Positions 50,004 to 63,590 of a stretch of DNA of 64,000 bases are shown here, piece after piece. The DNA comes from Ruditapes philippinarum (lineage: Eukaryota). A program made the position numbers and the translations under genes. The stretch lies in contig NW_026852705.1 in assembly GCF_026571515.1 (NCBI RefSeq), positions 434,001 to 498,000 of the forward strand, written 5' to 3'. The notes under the pieces are model-generated. The model did no database searches. It saw only the letters and a list, made by a program, of their open reading frames with translations, and had not been told where the DNA came from. The stretch's first letter is position 1. Each line of letters starts with the position of its first letter.

Positions 50004-53000
50004 TGTAAATTCATGTTTGAATTTTACTGAGAATATTCATGATTATCGTAGAAGTGGAATCAGATATGTAATGTTCACAATAATATGATGATCCTCTACT
50101 TAGGTTTTTGAGCACATCTGCAGACGTGTGACCATTGATATAGCGTCTGAGAGTGAGCTACTATCTTTATTACTCTACTAATGATGACTAAACTAATTAT
50201 CACTGATGAATTTAGAATAATATTTTTAATAATTCTCAAATTATTTTAAGGTAACTATTTTAATTCAAGATAATTAATTCATTTCTTGCCTGTGTTATTT
50301 CGTCTAAGATTGTATCTCTCTCTGTATAAAAATCTCGATAGTCTTAGTCCTTCATTTTTGTGATAAGACCAGGATCTTTTAACCAAGTAAGGCAAGGTTA
50401 ACTTTTGATGATGCTAGCAGTACTCTAGGACACTTATTATAACTACATCTCACCACATAAATAAAAAAGAAAGATTAGTATAAATCAGCATTAATTGGAT
50501 AGCGAGTTTTTTAAAAAGAACCAACAGTTTTTTATTATTGCCATATTATCGTAATTTTAACTTGTTTTATTTACATATAGAATAAAATTCCATCTGGATG
50601 ATTCTTAGAGAATTCTTGATTATACCGTTTTTTATAGAGTCTTAGGAATAGATATAAAAATGTGAGTTTTTTAAAAATTTCTTTCCTACCTTGAGCGGAC
50701 CTAGATTACAATAATCTAAAATTCCTATTTCACATGTCTTCTACATAAATTATGAAATCGAATTATTATTAGTTAGGAGTAATAATAATGATAAGAGCTT
50801 CAAGAATAGCTACGCTCTCGCTAAATTACCAGCGTTGTTCCAGATCAATAAATCATATTAGATCGATATCTAAAACATCATAAATGTCCGTTTTTTTAAG
50901 GTTATAGGTTTATGCAAAGATAGTGTAGGTCATATATAATTTATGTGGTCAGACGACACTACATAGCTGTCATCAGTGGCAGTTCAGTAAGAGGATGACT
51001 GTGAAGTGGCTTTCATAAAGCGCATCAGTCACTCTCTGTCAGAGGTAGATCTCGTCATAATAAAACATCTCGAAGTTTTTATTCTTCGTTTTACATTTCG
51101 GATATATTATAAAAGCATTTCTTCCATCAAACTTTTTCAAATTTAGACCTGATATACATCTACGTTGTTAATTCAACAAATATATCTCTATGTGGGTGAA
51201 TATTACTCAAGTACAGGTGTAACACATTGGATTATCATAATATATAGACTCGATGTCATACTTTTAATTATATGAGGCAAAGAGGATTAAGTTATGTTGA
51301 GATATGTTGGAACAAGTAGTTGGAGACTGTTTTGAGATTATACTAGATTCAAAACAAAAGAGATGTGATAATAGATCATAGATTTCTTTTATACAAAGTA
51401 ACACATTGCTATAATATTGTTTACTTATATAATTAAATCTCTGTGTTTTCTTATCTCAGGGACGTGGAAAGAGAGGCCGGAGTTAATTGGTCTGGTTCCT
51501 GTCCAAGGTATGTTTTGCCGCATGTTCCATGGGACAATAGCAAATGACGTAGTATATATGACAAATATATTTCTTTAATAAATAACACACTTAATTTTTC
51601 ACTCATATTATTGTCTCTAATCATCTGTTGAAAGGTTTGTGTATTCTCCTAAGATTATTAATAAGACAATACGGATCGTTGTAGTTAAATCTCTCGCTGA
51701 AATGTAAATATTATAGTGAGCATAGATGAATCTCAACTTACAGCACAATGCTCTAAATAATGTGTCCCATTTCTCTCGGACAATTAAGACCACCCGATGT
51801 GAATTGAATCTCTAAAAATTTTTTTGTATTTAACTCTACGATTTATGAGCGAGGGTTATAAATCTGTTTCTATTTCAGTTGCAGTGTTTAAGTGCATTGA
51901 CCGGCATTTGAGGAGTTGAGGGACAGAATTGTTCTATAGTTTTAGGAATATTCAAGTGAGCTATGAATAGCCACAATGTTCTCATTGACGGCCGTCTCTG
52001 GGACCCGCTCCGTTATTTAAGACAATAATGTTCTATAACATTACTAAGAAAGCTTGTTTATAATCTTCTCAGCAATGTCTCGCGCTGCGCTAACCCGTCG
52101 CTTTGTTTTATGATATTTATATTGTTAAAGGTTATTAGTATATAGGTATACTTCAATACAAACATCACAGTGAAAACTATGAGTATGTAAATAATGTAAT
52201 TATTAATTTTCAAATAAAATCAAATGAAAATTTGAATTTTGTTTCGAGATGTCCGCAATAAGCACCGCACACCCCTAAGTAGAAAAAAATTTGGTGGGGT
52301 TTTTTTTTTGGATTATTTGACTTGCGGTTTGAAGTCAGCACTCATACAGATTTTAAGGCATGATAAACTGCCAGAGGAAAAATCCCTCAGGAGCACTTGT
52401 ACGTATTGAGAGCTAATTTGGTACCGCTTTTGATGCGTCTAGTTGGCGTGCTTAAGCTGGACACGGGACATAAACTAGTCTCGTGCGGCCATCGTTATAC
52501 GGCGCTCCGTTAATATACACGATTCTATTGTTCTGTCGCGCTCGCTCTAAGTAATAAAGTCGCCAATACGGTGCGTCAGTCTGTTACCGATACTGTCGTC
52601 CTCGTCTCTAAGCGCGGCATTCCAAACGGCGGTTGTCGTGCGGCGCTTGTGGATATGTACCCCTTTGTTGCTTTTATAAACCAAGATCCTTCATATGTGA
52701 TATCCGGCGACATGTGACATTTTCCAACCAACACGCCGCGCAATTGCGCCTGTTACAGCTGGTGCGCAGCTCGCTCAACCTATGATATTTGCAAGTGGAT
52801 CAGGAACATAAATTATGTATTTTGTTCTATTTTTCTTAAATACACTTGTTACTACTAATTTTGTGTTATTTTATGTAAATCAGAATGCCGTGACTATTGA
52901 CTTTCCAAACTGATTAGTGTGCATGGGTTGTCACGTGAGCTATTTACTGAGTTTGCGGCCCGGTGGCGCCTAGTTAGTCAGCCCGCAGAACATTACACGT

Positions 53001-55702
53001 GCACAGCGATCACAATGCGCTTGATTATTTTTATCGTTCATCAAAATTAAGTTAAGCTGTTATAAATTAGAAGTTAGGTGTGCTAGACTACGAATCGCTT
53101 TTAGTTATTTATTATGTAGAGCTTCATAGCGTATATAGTTACTCAACCATTTTTTAAGCTTTTCTATACTAGAAATCATGATTTAATTAATACGTAACTC
53201 TAATTTTAGTTCGGAAAAAAATTCAGTATCCGTTGCTTATAGATTCTACTGCTACATAAATTTGATTACATCGACACAAACCAGTTAAAGCATACTCCAT
53301 TGAATAACTGCATTGCATTTTAGGATGAAAAGTAGCACCGATCTTCCGACCTGAAGTTATCTTGTTTTTTTTTAATTTTTTTTGTTGTATTTTGCTTCAC
53401 TCATATAGATAGATTCCAAGTAAGTCTTAACTTTAATGATCAGTATAATTACCGTACAGATGTAGTGGACGAGAACCAAGATTGATAGTTTATCGGCTCT
53501 AATGAATCTATGGCCTTCTGCACTAAAGCCTCGTCGGTCACAATTATTCTACTTATTGAGAACGGGCCGAAGTTATCACTCGTTCCAGGCCTCTACCTGC
53601 CGGGTGTATTACACTCTCTTAATCAATATACCCATTCGTTGAGTATAATATATGAATGTATATCTGTGATTCACACAAAAATCTGCAATATGGCCTAGTG
53701 TTCTGTAGCAAACTAGTCTTACCGACTGGCCCCACTCAGGTCCAACCTCTACCATTGTACGACGGACCAGCACGTTGTGTCCCTCCACATATGGCTGTAT
53801 AGCGAATATTGTATACTGCAGGGATTTACACAGAGTGTAATTATAGATCTTTTGGCGTACAATACTTCTCTTCATTTAGATGTCATAACATTCACCCATT
53901 AGTGTCTCATGCTTTAACGCTTATGTAAAGCTAATAGTTATTGATTTTATCTTATGATAATGGCGCTCACTGAAATAGGTGAGTTGTTATAGCGGCCCAC
54001 GTTCGCCAAAATATGGGATTATTCAACAAGATGTTAGTCCACAAATTAGTAGCCACTTAGCCTTTGTCAAAAGAATAGTAACATTTAACAATGTGGCGCC
54101 TCGCATAACCGTAATACCACGTTTCTGGAATGGGACAGTTGATGCCGTATTCTGTGTAGCTGGATAGTCTTATTAAATTTGATTCTGAAGTGCTAACTCA
54201 ACATATTAAACGCTAATAACCTATACTCTTGAAGTATTTTTTGTATTATGTCTAAGAGACCGTAATTGTTGATCATAAAGTGTTGTTTATTTTTTAAATG
54301 ATGTCTGACTGATCCCTAATTGGTAGCCTTATGTGTTGGCAGCGTACGTCAAATTTCAATGTGTGTACTAATTCAGAACTATGTGGACGCGCGCTCTCAG
54401 CATGTTATTATAAACATCATCACTTAGAAGTTACCTAAGAATAAAGCCAGACGTTCTTGGACCTGTCAAGACACATAAATATAAACACAGTATTAAATCT
54501 GTGTATTACAATACGTCCTTTTATAAAGAGACACGATAGCAGCTATCTTATACATATTAATGCATATATGTCTGAAAGGGCGGGTGGGGGTGTGCTACTT
54601 CGAGATATCGTTGATTTGGTGCCTTTTCCGATCGCAAATATAATACTGGTGGCGTCGCTTTCGTTTCTGATCAAAGATTTATAGGGACATTAATATTGTC
54701 TGAAATGAAAAGTTACCTTGTGTATGAAGATATCGCTATTACATAGCACTTATCTACATAATTTCTGCATTGCTTTTTAATAAATGCCCCATTTTATTCA
54801 GACCATCGAAACATGATTGTAGGAGGTTCCTTTGATTTCTCACATAGCACTGCCATCAACCCTCTCAGCTTACAAACAAACATATTTGGTAAGCGTGTTA
54901 ATATTTGTATAACCCAGCAATCCTCTAAGCCTCCCTTTACTTACACACTTGAGCCAAGGAGACTCCTTTCTAGAAAAATATATTCTTTTTTGCAAGGAAA
55001 GTGTTGCATTTTATATATACTCGAACAGACTCTTGCGAATCTTTTACATAAAAACATTCTGTGCTAAAAAATATGACAGGAACAAATCGCTATGACAGAG
55101 AAGAATCAGTCATTTCGATGAATGACAATCTCGTTTAGATAAAACACCACTACTCGAGTGCTCCTGAAACAAATGACAAAACAGCTACTCATCGAGAGAT
55201 TAAACTGTTTCGACGGATTAGTTGTTTTAATTTGCATTTTTGCTAGTGCAAATCATTTGGGTTTGGTTGTTGAGGATTAAAGTACTTTAAATAAAACATA
55301 GAAATTTTACCATGATCACCTAAATGCATAGGCATTTAATCAATATAATTCAATATGTAAGGATTTATAACACATACATTAGTAACTCTGTATTTCTAAT
55401 ACGGTTAGCCCAAAGTTCATACCACATGTACTATTCAAATTCGGAATACTACATTAAACAAAAATCAAGGCTGATATATATTCTTTTAAGGCAATTTTCT
55501 TTTTTCTATGATCGTTTATTAGTCTCTCATACAAACACACAATGTTTCATTAAATGGTTATATGCTTATATAAACAAATACCCTTTCGCTAACCTTAATA
55601 TGATTATAACATTTTATTGTTTTGCTTTGTTGCAGTTGACTATGTTACCTTTCAGTGTATTATGCTAGATACGTTATTAATATGATGTTTAAAGCAAATA
55701 AA

Positions 55703-55790
55703 GTGTATTGTATTGTATTGTATTATGTCGTGTCGTGTCGCGTCGCATCCAATCGCATTGCATCGCATCGTATCGTATTGTATTGTGTAT
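55703..55790. repeat. Compound pentanucleotide microsatellite (GTATT/GTCGT/GCATC)
   Basis: Directly visible. Confidence 0.85.
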
Positions 55791-55976
55791 TCATATTCTT
55801 TCTACATATTAATCATACTGTAACAATATCAGTTGAATAATAACAACAAGACTCATTAGTGAAAGATATAAATTAGCAAATTAGCAAATGCCTTTAAGCC
55901 ATGTGGTGATCCTATGTTACCATAAACAAATGTCACGTGACCACCAACCCGGATGACAGAAAGGCATTCTTTTAAT

Positions 55977-56104
55977 NNNNNNNNNNNNNNNNNNNNNNNN
56001 NNNNNNNNNNNNNNNNNNNNNNNNNNNNNNNNNNNNNNNNNNNNNNNNNNNNNNNNNNNNNNNNNNNNNNNNNNNNNNNNNNNNNNNNNNNNNNNNNNNN
56101 NNNN
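55977..56104. other. Assembly gap (128 N)
   Basis: Run of N. Confidence 1.
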
Positions 56105-57933
56105 TTTTTTATTTATTTATCTTTTGTTTTATTGTTGTTGTTTTTTTTCAAACATTTTCTTATTAAAATGATATTATATGCTCGCACCTAGTTAAGTAAA
56201 AACAACAGATTTAAATTTGATAGACATGCGCTTCATTACATGTTTCATTATTAGAATTTATCAGACGCACACTTGATTAATATCTTTTCTATTTTTCTAT
56301 TCAACTAAATTTCGAAAAATAAAAAACACATGAAAATATACGATTGTTATTTTACCGAAGATGAAATGAGAACCATAATTTAGCATGAAGTGTTTTGGAC
56401 CTTGCAGGAGACGCCGTCACTATAACAATGGGTATATTTATATTTTTACCTGTGTAAAAACAAAACAATAACAAAAAACAACAAGAACAAATTTATTCAT
56501 ACAATGTAATCAAAATGACATGATTTAACTTGGAGGCAAAACAAATATTTACTAGAGATACCTGACAACTACGAAAGCTTTTTAATCCAAGATACAATCG
56601 AGTTGTTGATTTCTTTTTTTTTAAATGTATTGTAAGTTAACCAGTACAGAATAGAAACTTGCCAAAATGTAATGTTCCGTGCACAAATAATATCGTTGAT
56701 GTTGAATAAAGAAAATAAAGATGAAATGATGGGGTAAAACAGAAAAGAAGATGCTATATGGTCACAAACAATAATAAAAACGTATTTGACATTTACATTA
56801 GAAAAAAACCAGCTTTGTTGTTGTAGTTGGTGGTTGTGGTAGTGTTGGTGGCGCCGCCGCCGCCTCGACTTTGTGTTCAAACAGATATTGCAGTCAAGCG
56901 CACTATTACACGATACATGCACAGCATAAAAAGGGACAGCTTATACGTCGTATGACGTCAGATATGACTTCATTTAACCGAATGACGCCCGGAAATTTAC
57001 TTCTACGCTCAATGTGCAATGAAGTTCAACGCCGCATTAGCATGATGGAATAGAAATAGATATTAATTTTTATCACACACCCGTGCCAATTTTGCGATTC
57101 CGTAAATATGGTATTGCACGGCCGTGCATATATTTTGACGTGACGTCATTAGCGTTATACAAACATAGTTTAAAACGCACTAAATGTTAGCGTTATACTA
57201 TATGAAAAATGACTCTTATTTCACTTTAAATGGTCTTTATTTTGTGTATGTGATAATTTAAATAGAATATTAAATTCGTGTAAGTTCATTACTGAATTTA
57301 TTGGACTCGTTGGATTAAATAATATTAAGCTCGCCAGTGGCTCGCATAATATAATTTTATTCAACTCGTGCAATAAATTCAGTATTGAACTTACACTCAT
57401 TCAATATCCTCTATTTCTAACATTATAGTATAACAATGCACAGTTTGACAGATAAGCATAAAGCAATTATATTTTTTTCCATTGAGGGAAACCAATGTTC
57501 AGATTATTGTTGAATATTGCTTTCAAATAAACTTGTTAAACATTTTACTTAACAAAAAAGGCACAGTAAAAACATGATACAACAATGTCTCTTTGTTATC
57601 TGCAGTGAGTTCGTCCACATTAATAACTTAAATTGTAAAATATTACATAACAAATGCAAGTCGATTAACATCCGGGGACACCTTATCGATAACGAATGAT
57701 CCGGAAAGAACGAAAATTGCGATTGGTCAATTCATGCCTGAAACCCAGCCTATTCGGGAGTTCCATTCGTCGACACCCAAATATTTTAGTTGATCATCTT
57801 GTGTCTCGGGGCTTTCCCATGGCAACATATAAAACAATATGCTATAAATTAAATGCCGCCTATCGTTCTTTAAGGTTTGTTGAGTTAAAGTTTTCAAACA
57901 GGCATTATGTTTCACAGAAATACATTGCCAAGG

Positions 57934-59227
57934 ATGTTCCATGTGTTGTGTGGTTTAGTTTTCTTGGCGTGGAATACAGGTAATGTTTTACATAACCATC
58001 AGAATGCTAAATATCTTACAAAGATTTTTCTTTCTTTCAATCTGGACATTTGCTTACACAATTCATAATTCTGTTACAATTTCATTAATTAACACTGTCT
58101 GAATAGCGGCAAATAAAACTCGCAGAATACGGAATTATTTTTCCTTTCTCACATGAAGATCTTGAAGAAATTTCAAATAATCCGATTTATTTATTATTTA
58201 TAAATGTCTTATTTTTGTGTTTTTTTTTTCTATTTTTTAGACTGATTTACTATAATCATTTCTATAAGATTGGATAACAATAAAAATACTTGTTTTGATT
58301 CATTTTCATTCTTCATTTTAATGGATTTTAACTCACTACAGTGTTGGAGCAGTACCCCAAGACGTAGGTATAGAAAAATATCGTTGTTGTTTTTTTGTTT
58401 TTGTTTTTTTGTTTTTTTTTCGCCGATTCTTAAATTTCTTTCATCAATCGTACGGTAATTAACGTTATAAATCGTTATGAATAGATAAATTAGAGTTTTA
58501 AAAAGCATTTCGGGAGGTGGATAGGCGAATTTTAGCATTTAATCATTCAAGCGCCCTGTCCCGAATACGGTATTTAGTTGTTCACATAAGTACTTTCCTT
58601 TTATACTAGACGACATAAATTAATACCCCTTTACATTTTTTTAGAAAATGATGATTTTTAATAGAGGCAGCTATAAGAGGATGGACATTACCAACTATAA
58701 CTGGGCAACGGCTACTCTCAATTTAGCAAAGTCTTTCATTTTAATTGATAGCTGAGATGACATAAGTACTTTTTCCAAAATACAAAATATAGGAATTGAC
58801 ATACATTATTATTAATTAGTCTACTATGTACATGTATTTTGATCAAATGATGTTGTATTTTAGAGGCAGCTATAACTGGGTGGACAGTTCCAGGTATATC
58901 TAAAAAGGCGGATGGAGCTGGAACGGCTGCTCCAGAGATACCGGAAAGTTTAACACCGGGACATCTCACAGGCATTAATGTAACAGCAATATCCGACACA
59001 AATAATGCATCTATAACGTATGTCATGCTGTGCAAACCAGAAGATGGAATGTTTACTATCAACAAGACTAGTGGTGCCATCAAGTTTGCCAAAGGTGTTC
59101 TCGATTTTGAGAAGAGACCATCGTATGTTGTAAGAATAAGGTAAATACACATTTTATCATTCTATTGATCCTTATATTGTCTATATAAGGCTGCTGCTTT
59201 ATATTATTATTATTATTATTTATCTTT

Positions 59228-59262
<35 letters not shown>

Positions 59263-62200
59263 TCACGATTATCCAATGAAAAGCGATGTTATAAACGTGT
59301 AGTGTTATAATTGGGTATGTAACACGTTGTATTTTAACAAAGCCTTTTTGTCAGTTCGGTGTATGTACGTGCGTCCGTGCGTCTGTCCGTTCGATTATGC
59401 TTGACCAGGTTGTAACTCTGTCATTAGTAGGCGGAATTCCATATAACTGAACACAAATGTTCACAATAATGAGATGGCTTGTCATATGCATGAATTGTGT
59501 GACTAGGTCAAAGGTTAAGGTCATACTTTAAGTCCAATGCAACAAACCTTGACCGCACCACAACTTTATCACAAACTGATGGAATTTGAAATAATCTGGC
59601 ACAAATGTTCAACATCAGACGGCATGTAATTTGACTAGATCAGAAGTCTTATCTCAAGGTCAGATGTGACAGCGGGCTCGACATGTTGCCCCTCGGCATC
59701 AACTTGTTTTTATTCTGTAAAAAGGAGATTCTTATTTACACGTATGCGTTGATTAATGACGAAGAAAACAATAGTTATGTAATAGAAAGAGCACCGAAAC
59801 ACGAGGTTATCTGATTTGTACGAGAGGGCGTAGCCCCCCGAGTATTAATCAGATTACCGAGTGTTTTGGTGTTCTTTCTCTTTTGTATCATAGTCAAACA
59901 TAAAAACACGTTCCCTGTTATTACAATATGAAACCCCGGCAAAAATGAACCAATGAACGAGCATCTAAATATGACATTTCTGTCGATTTCACTTTCACTG
60001 CCGTCACAATATGTAAACCCCAGCAAAAATGAGCCAATCAATGGGCATGCTCTGGAGTGCGGGTAACTAATACCCGCACTCCAGTTAACGCACTGTGCCT
60101 GTATATGTATACGATTTAACCCTGACACATTTTCAACAGAAAGGTCTCCAAACTATGATACAATTGTTGCTTAACGTCACACAAAGAAACTTAACTCACA
60201 ATGAAGCTTAATTTGATTGTAGCAATGTAACACTCATTGACCGGATACAGTATAATTTTATGTTAAAGTAAATTTCGTAATAACCCCATGTTGTACGATA
60301 TGATATCTTCTTGTACCTGGGAGAATAAAAGATATGTTCTGTTCTGTTCTGTTCTTCATAAATTTGAAAAAAAAATGCAAAGAAGGGGTGCATTAGAAAT
60401 AGGTTGAATTTTGCTAAGATTTGAAAAATTATTGTTTTATTCTTTCTAAAAAAGAATAAAAGTTTACCATGATTTGATATTACAGTGCGTCAGACACAAC
60501 AGCAACAAATGGTACTGTTAATGTAACACTGGAGTTATCAAACTCACCGCCTGTATTTTCATCAAAAACTTACAAAAATCAAATGTGTGATGGAGCCGGT
60601 GCGGGTAAGTATACTAGCCTAGTCAAATGATTTCATAAACTATAAAGTATAGTTCAAGTTGTATAAATGCATGGTTAAGTTAGCGACGCGACAATAAAAT
60701 CCCCTCTAGTGTAAATATCAACCAAGCTGTCATATAATTCTGCCCTTGCACGATTCGCTAATATTTCCTCACGCGAAATGTCTGCTGTTTTAGATTTGTT
60801 AATTTTTCGACACGTGGATATATCTACTTATACAGTATTTGGAAATAAGGTTATTGTGTCATGCTTTTTTCCGACCGAAATCTCGAGCCCACATGATATC
60901 TCCTCATATAACACCAGTACAAGTTATTCAATTAACCAAAACCCTGTTAAATATCGTACTAATGGACTTACAGTGCAACACAGTTATTTGACAATCCTTT
61001 ATTCGAATACCCAGCATTATTTGAGGTAGATCAAAAATGAGCAGTTGTCGTATATCACTATATATTCCGCTTTTGAATATCCCAACCCATCAATTATTTG
61101 AAGTAAATGTTCATTCCCCGGCAATTCGAATAATCACGGTTTGGTTGTTTTATCAATTTAGGGAAATTTTCAAAAGAAGTACTGACTTAATGAATAGTTT
61201 GTAAAAAAATATTTAAGTTCGATTGTGTTGGAATCTATAAGCTTTATGACTCTCGAATCCGTTCCCGAAACTAACCAGTACTAAGCAATTAGTGTAAAGT
61301 TTCTTGCTCAAGGTTTACAACGGCTTGCCTCTGACTGGGTTCGAACTCAGTCTTTTGATTACTAGGCCGACGCGCAAACCACACAGTTTCGCCGCCAGGT
61401 TCGAACTCAGTCTTCAGATTACTAGGCCGACGCGTAAACCACTCAGTTTAGCCGCCTATCTAAAACGTGTTTAATCGGCGGGTCTGTTTCGGATAATATT
61501 AGTCTGCACCGGTCGATTGCGTTTACTCCGCTTTCGAAAGCAGACCGATGGCTAATAAGATTCAAATACAGTTCCAACAGCTTTAATTTTCAAATTAGTT
61601 ATTGTATTATTATATAGCGTCTAAAGGTGTTTACACAAATTATAAAGTTTTTATTAGAATGGCAAATCAGTGTGATCTATACATGAATGGGTCTTAACGT
61701 CGCGCAAACATAATTGTGGGCATGGGGCCTTTCTAGCTTTTTATAACTGTTCTAATATTGATAGGTATCTTATACTGTTTACATGGAGGTGAAACAAAAT
61801 ATTACATATCTAAGCATTTTATCAATATTTCATTTTCAGGAACGTTAGTGACCACATTGAAAGCAACCGACCCCGGAAACAGTAACGTCACGTACAAGTT
61901 TCAAGGTAACTTATTTAGAGCATAACATGTTATGTTCAATTTATTATGATATCTCACTTCGAGACAAATCAATGATCTATTTTAGTGAATATCATATTAA
62001 TCTAAAGATCTTTTTTAACATATATTACTGTATCAACATGTAATAAACATGCACACGCTATTTTAGAAAACAAAATTAATTTAATTGCTACTGCGACTTT
62101 ATTATGTGTGGAAACAGGTTTCAAATAAAACTTTTTATTGAAGATTTCAAATTTGCAAAAAAATATCGTTCAAAATTTATACTCAATCAAAATTGTAATT

Positions 62201-62538
62201 ACAAATGACTCAAATCATTGCCTTATTACTTTTGTTTGTTTGCTTTTCCCGTCCTTTTATTTTCAAATTCCATTATTTTACACAAAAAAACAGGTAGTAA
62301 TACTGACTTTATCATCAAAGCACACACTGGAGTGATGGCAGTGGCTAACAAGAAGTCCCTCAATATGACGGCAAAGAGTACATATTCTTTGATCGTTCTG
62401 GCATCAGACACTGTCAGTCAATCAACACCTGGTACCTCTACCGTAAGTGTCACTGTGAAAACGTGCAGCAGTGGAACCAGTCATATCGCTGTCGCATTTC
62501 CGGCTCTGTTGTTGGCAGTTCTGGCGAAACTGTTTTAA
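57934..62538 (+). CDS. Small cadherin-like domain protein (250 aa): signal peptide, two cadherin-like repeats, predicted GPI-anchor signal
   Basis: Exons 57934-57979 (MFHVLCGLVFLAWNT), 58864-59140, 60486-60604, 61840-61905, 62294-62538; phases 1,2,1,1 are consistent, 753 nt. Cadherin motifs IPES..PG, FTINKTSGAI, LDFE, NSPPVF, GTLVTTLKATDP, VTY, F.I...TGV and YSLIVLASD. C-terminus CSSGTSHIAVAFPALLLAVLAKLF*. TATAAA at ~57843. Confidence 0.85.
59201..59263. repeat. (ATT)n microsatellite
   Basis: Directly visible. Confidence 0.9.
59343..59710. mobile_element. Degenerate Helentron-associated element (opposite orientation)
   Basis: (CGTC/CGTG)n microsatellite at the left, two ~130-bp repeats with ACAAATGTTCA and GGTCAAAGGTTAAGGTCA, CTTGTTTTT at the right end. 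Confidence 0.55.
59900..60162. repeat. Dispersed repeat shared with 5085-5345 (cadherin-like gene intron 2)
   Basis: Collinear match to 5085-5345 in the same orientation. Confidence 0.75.
61225..61456 (-). mobile_element. tRNA-derived SINE with a tandemly duplicated head
   Basis: B-box GTTCGA(A)C and A-box-like segment appear twice (61338-61396, 61398-61456), followed by the CCTTGAGCAAGAAACTTTAC body. Confidence 0.65.
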
Positions 62539-63294
62539 CCTGATAGAAAACTTTCATACAAGGAGATATTAGAATAGTAATCTCATAACAGAAGTTTGAT
62601 GTTGAAGAGTTTGTAGACGTTGCCAGGAAATACACGGGACACATACAATTAAGTTCTTACACTACATTACAGATATGCTGTAATTAAGCAAAAAAATGAC
62701 ATATATATATAACTGCAATTTGACCAGTATTCAGAAGTCAATCATCGAAGCTTGAAAATTAAACCGCATACATGTATATAATATACTTTCAATAATAAGA
62801 AACCTCTTGGATATCATCTGATAAACTGATCTTTTGATATCAACTTTATCAGGCGACGCTGCATACGATATTGGCTGGAAGGGGCGATGCTTGTCGGGCC
62901 CTTTCTGCGGTAAATTTGTATGATATAAGTTTAAGAAAACCCACGAAGTGCAGTAAGTAAGCTGATACTAAAATGATTTTTTACACGCGTTCTTAAACTT
63001 TAAATATTAACATTATAGACTTTCGGAAGATCACTTTTTTCCAGATTTTGTTTTTCTACTTCAAATGCTTAAAGATTTATTTTTATCTGTACGGCGTACT
63101 TATCTGTAAAATTCATAGCGGTCTATGTATGTCAGTTTTATATACAAACAATGAATAATCCACAAGATGGTTTGTATCTGTTCATAAAATATGATTATGG
63201 GTATTACACTAAAAAATGTCGGATTAAAACAGGCGAAATGTAAATCATAAGATTTAAAGAGGATGACGGAGGTCTGAGGATACTAATGACGTGC

Positions 63295-63590
63295 CGAGAG
63301 CACAGAAATGTACCCAGCCTCGATATGTTGATATCCTAGCGAGAGTTATGGCCCTTCCTAGCACAGATTTGTACCCGGCCTCGATATGTTGATATCCTAG
63401 CACGATTTATGGCCCTTGCTAGCAACGATTTGTACCCGGCCTCGATATGTTGATATTCTAGCGAGAGTTATGGCCCTTGCTAGCACAGATTTGTACCTGG
63501 CCTCGATATATGTTGATATCCTAGCGGGATTTATGGCCCTTGCTACACGCGCTCGATATGTTGATATCCTAGCGGGATTTATTGCCCTTG
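63295..63590. repeat. Minisatellite, ~61-bp unit, ~5 copies
   Basis: GCACAGATTTGTACCCGGCCTCGATATGTTGATATCCTAGCGAGAGTTATGGCCCTTGCTA repeated head to tail. Confidence 0.9.

Noticed and set aside
52400-53020. GC/CpG-rich patch as possible foreign DNA or RNA gene
   Set aside because: No ORF, recognisable RNA motif or clear termini; more likely a garbled repeat in low-quality sequence.
58736-59152. 138-aa minus-strand ORF
   Set aside because: Antisense to the cadherin-like exon 58864-59140.
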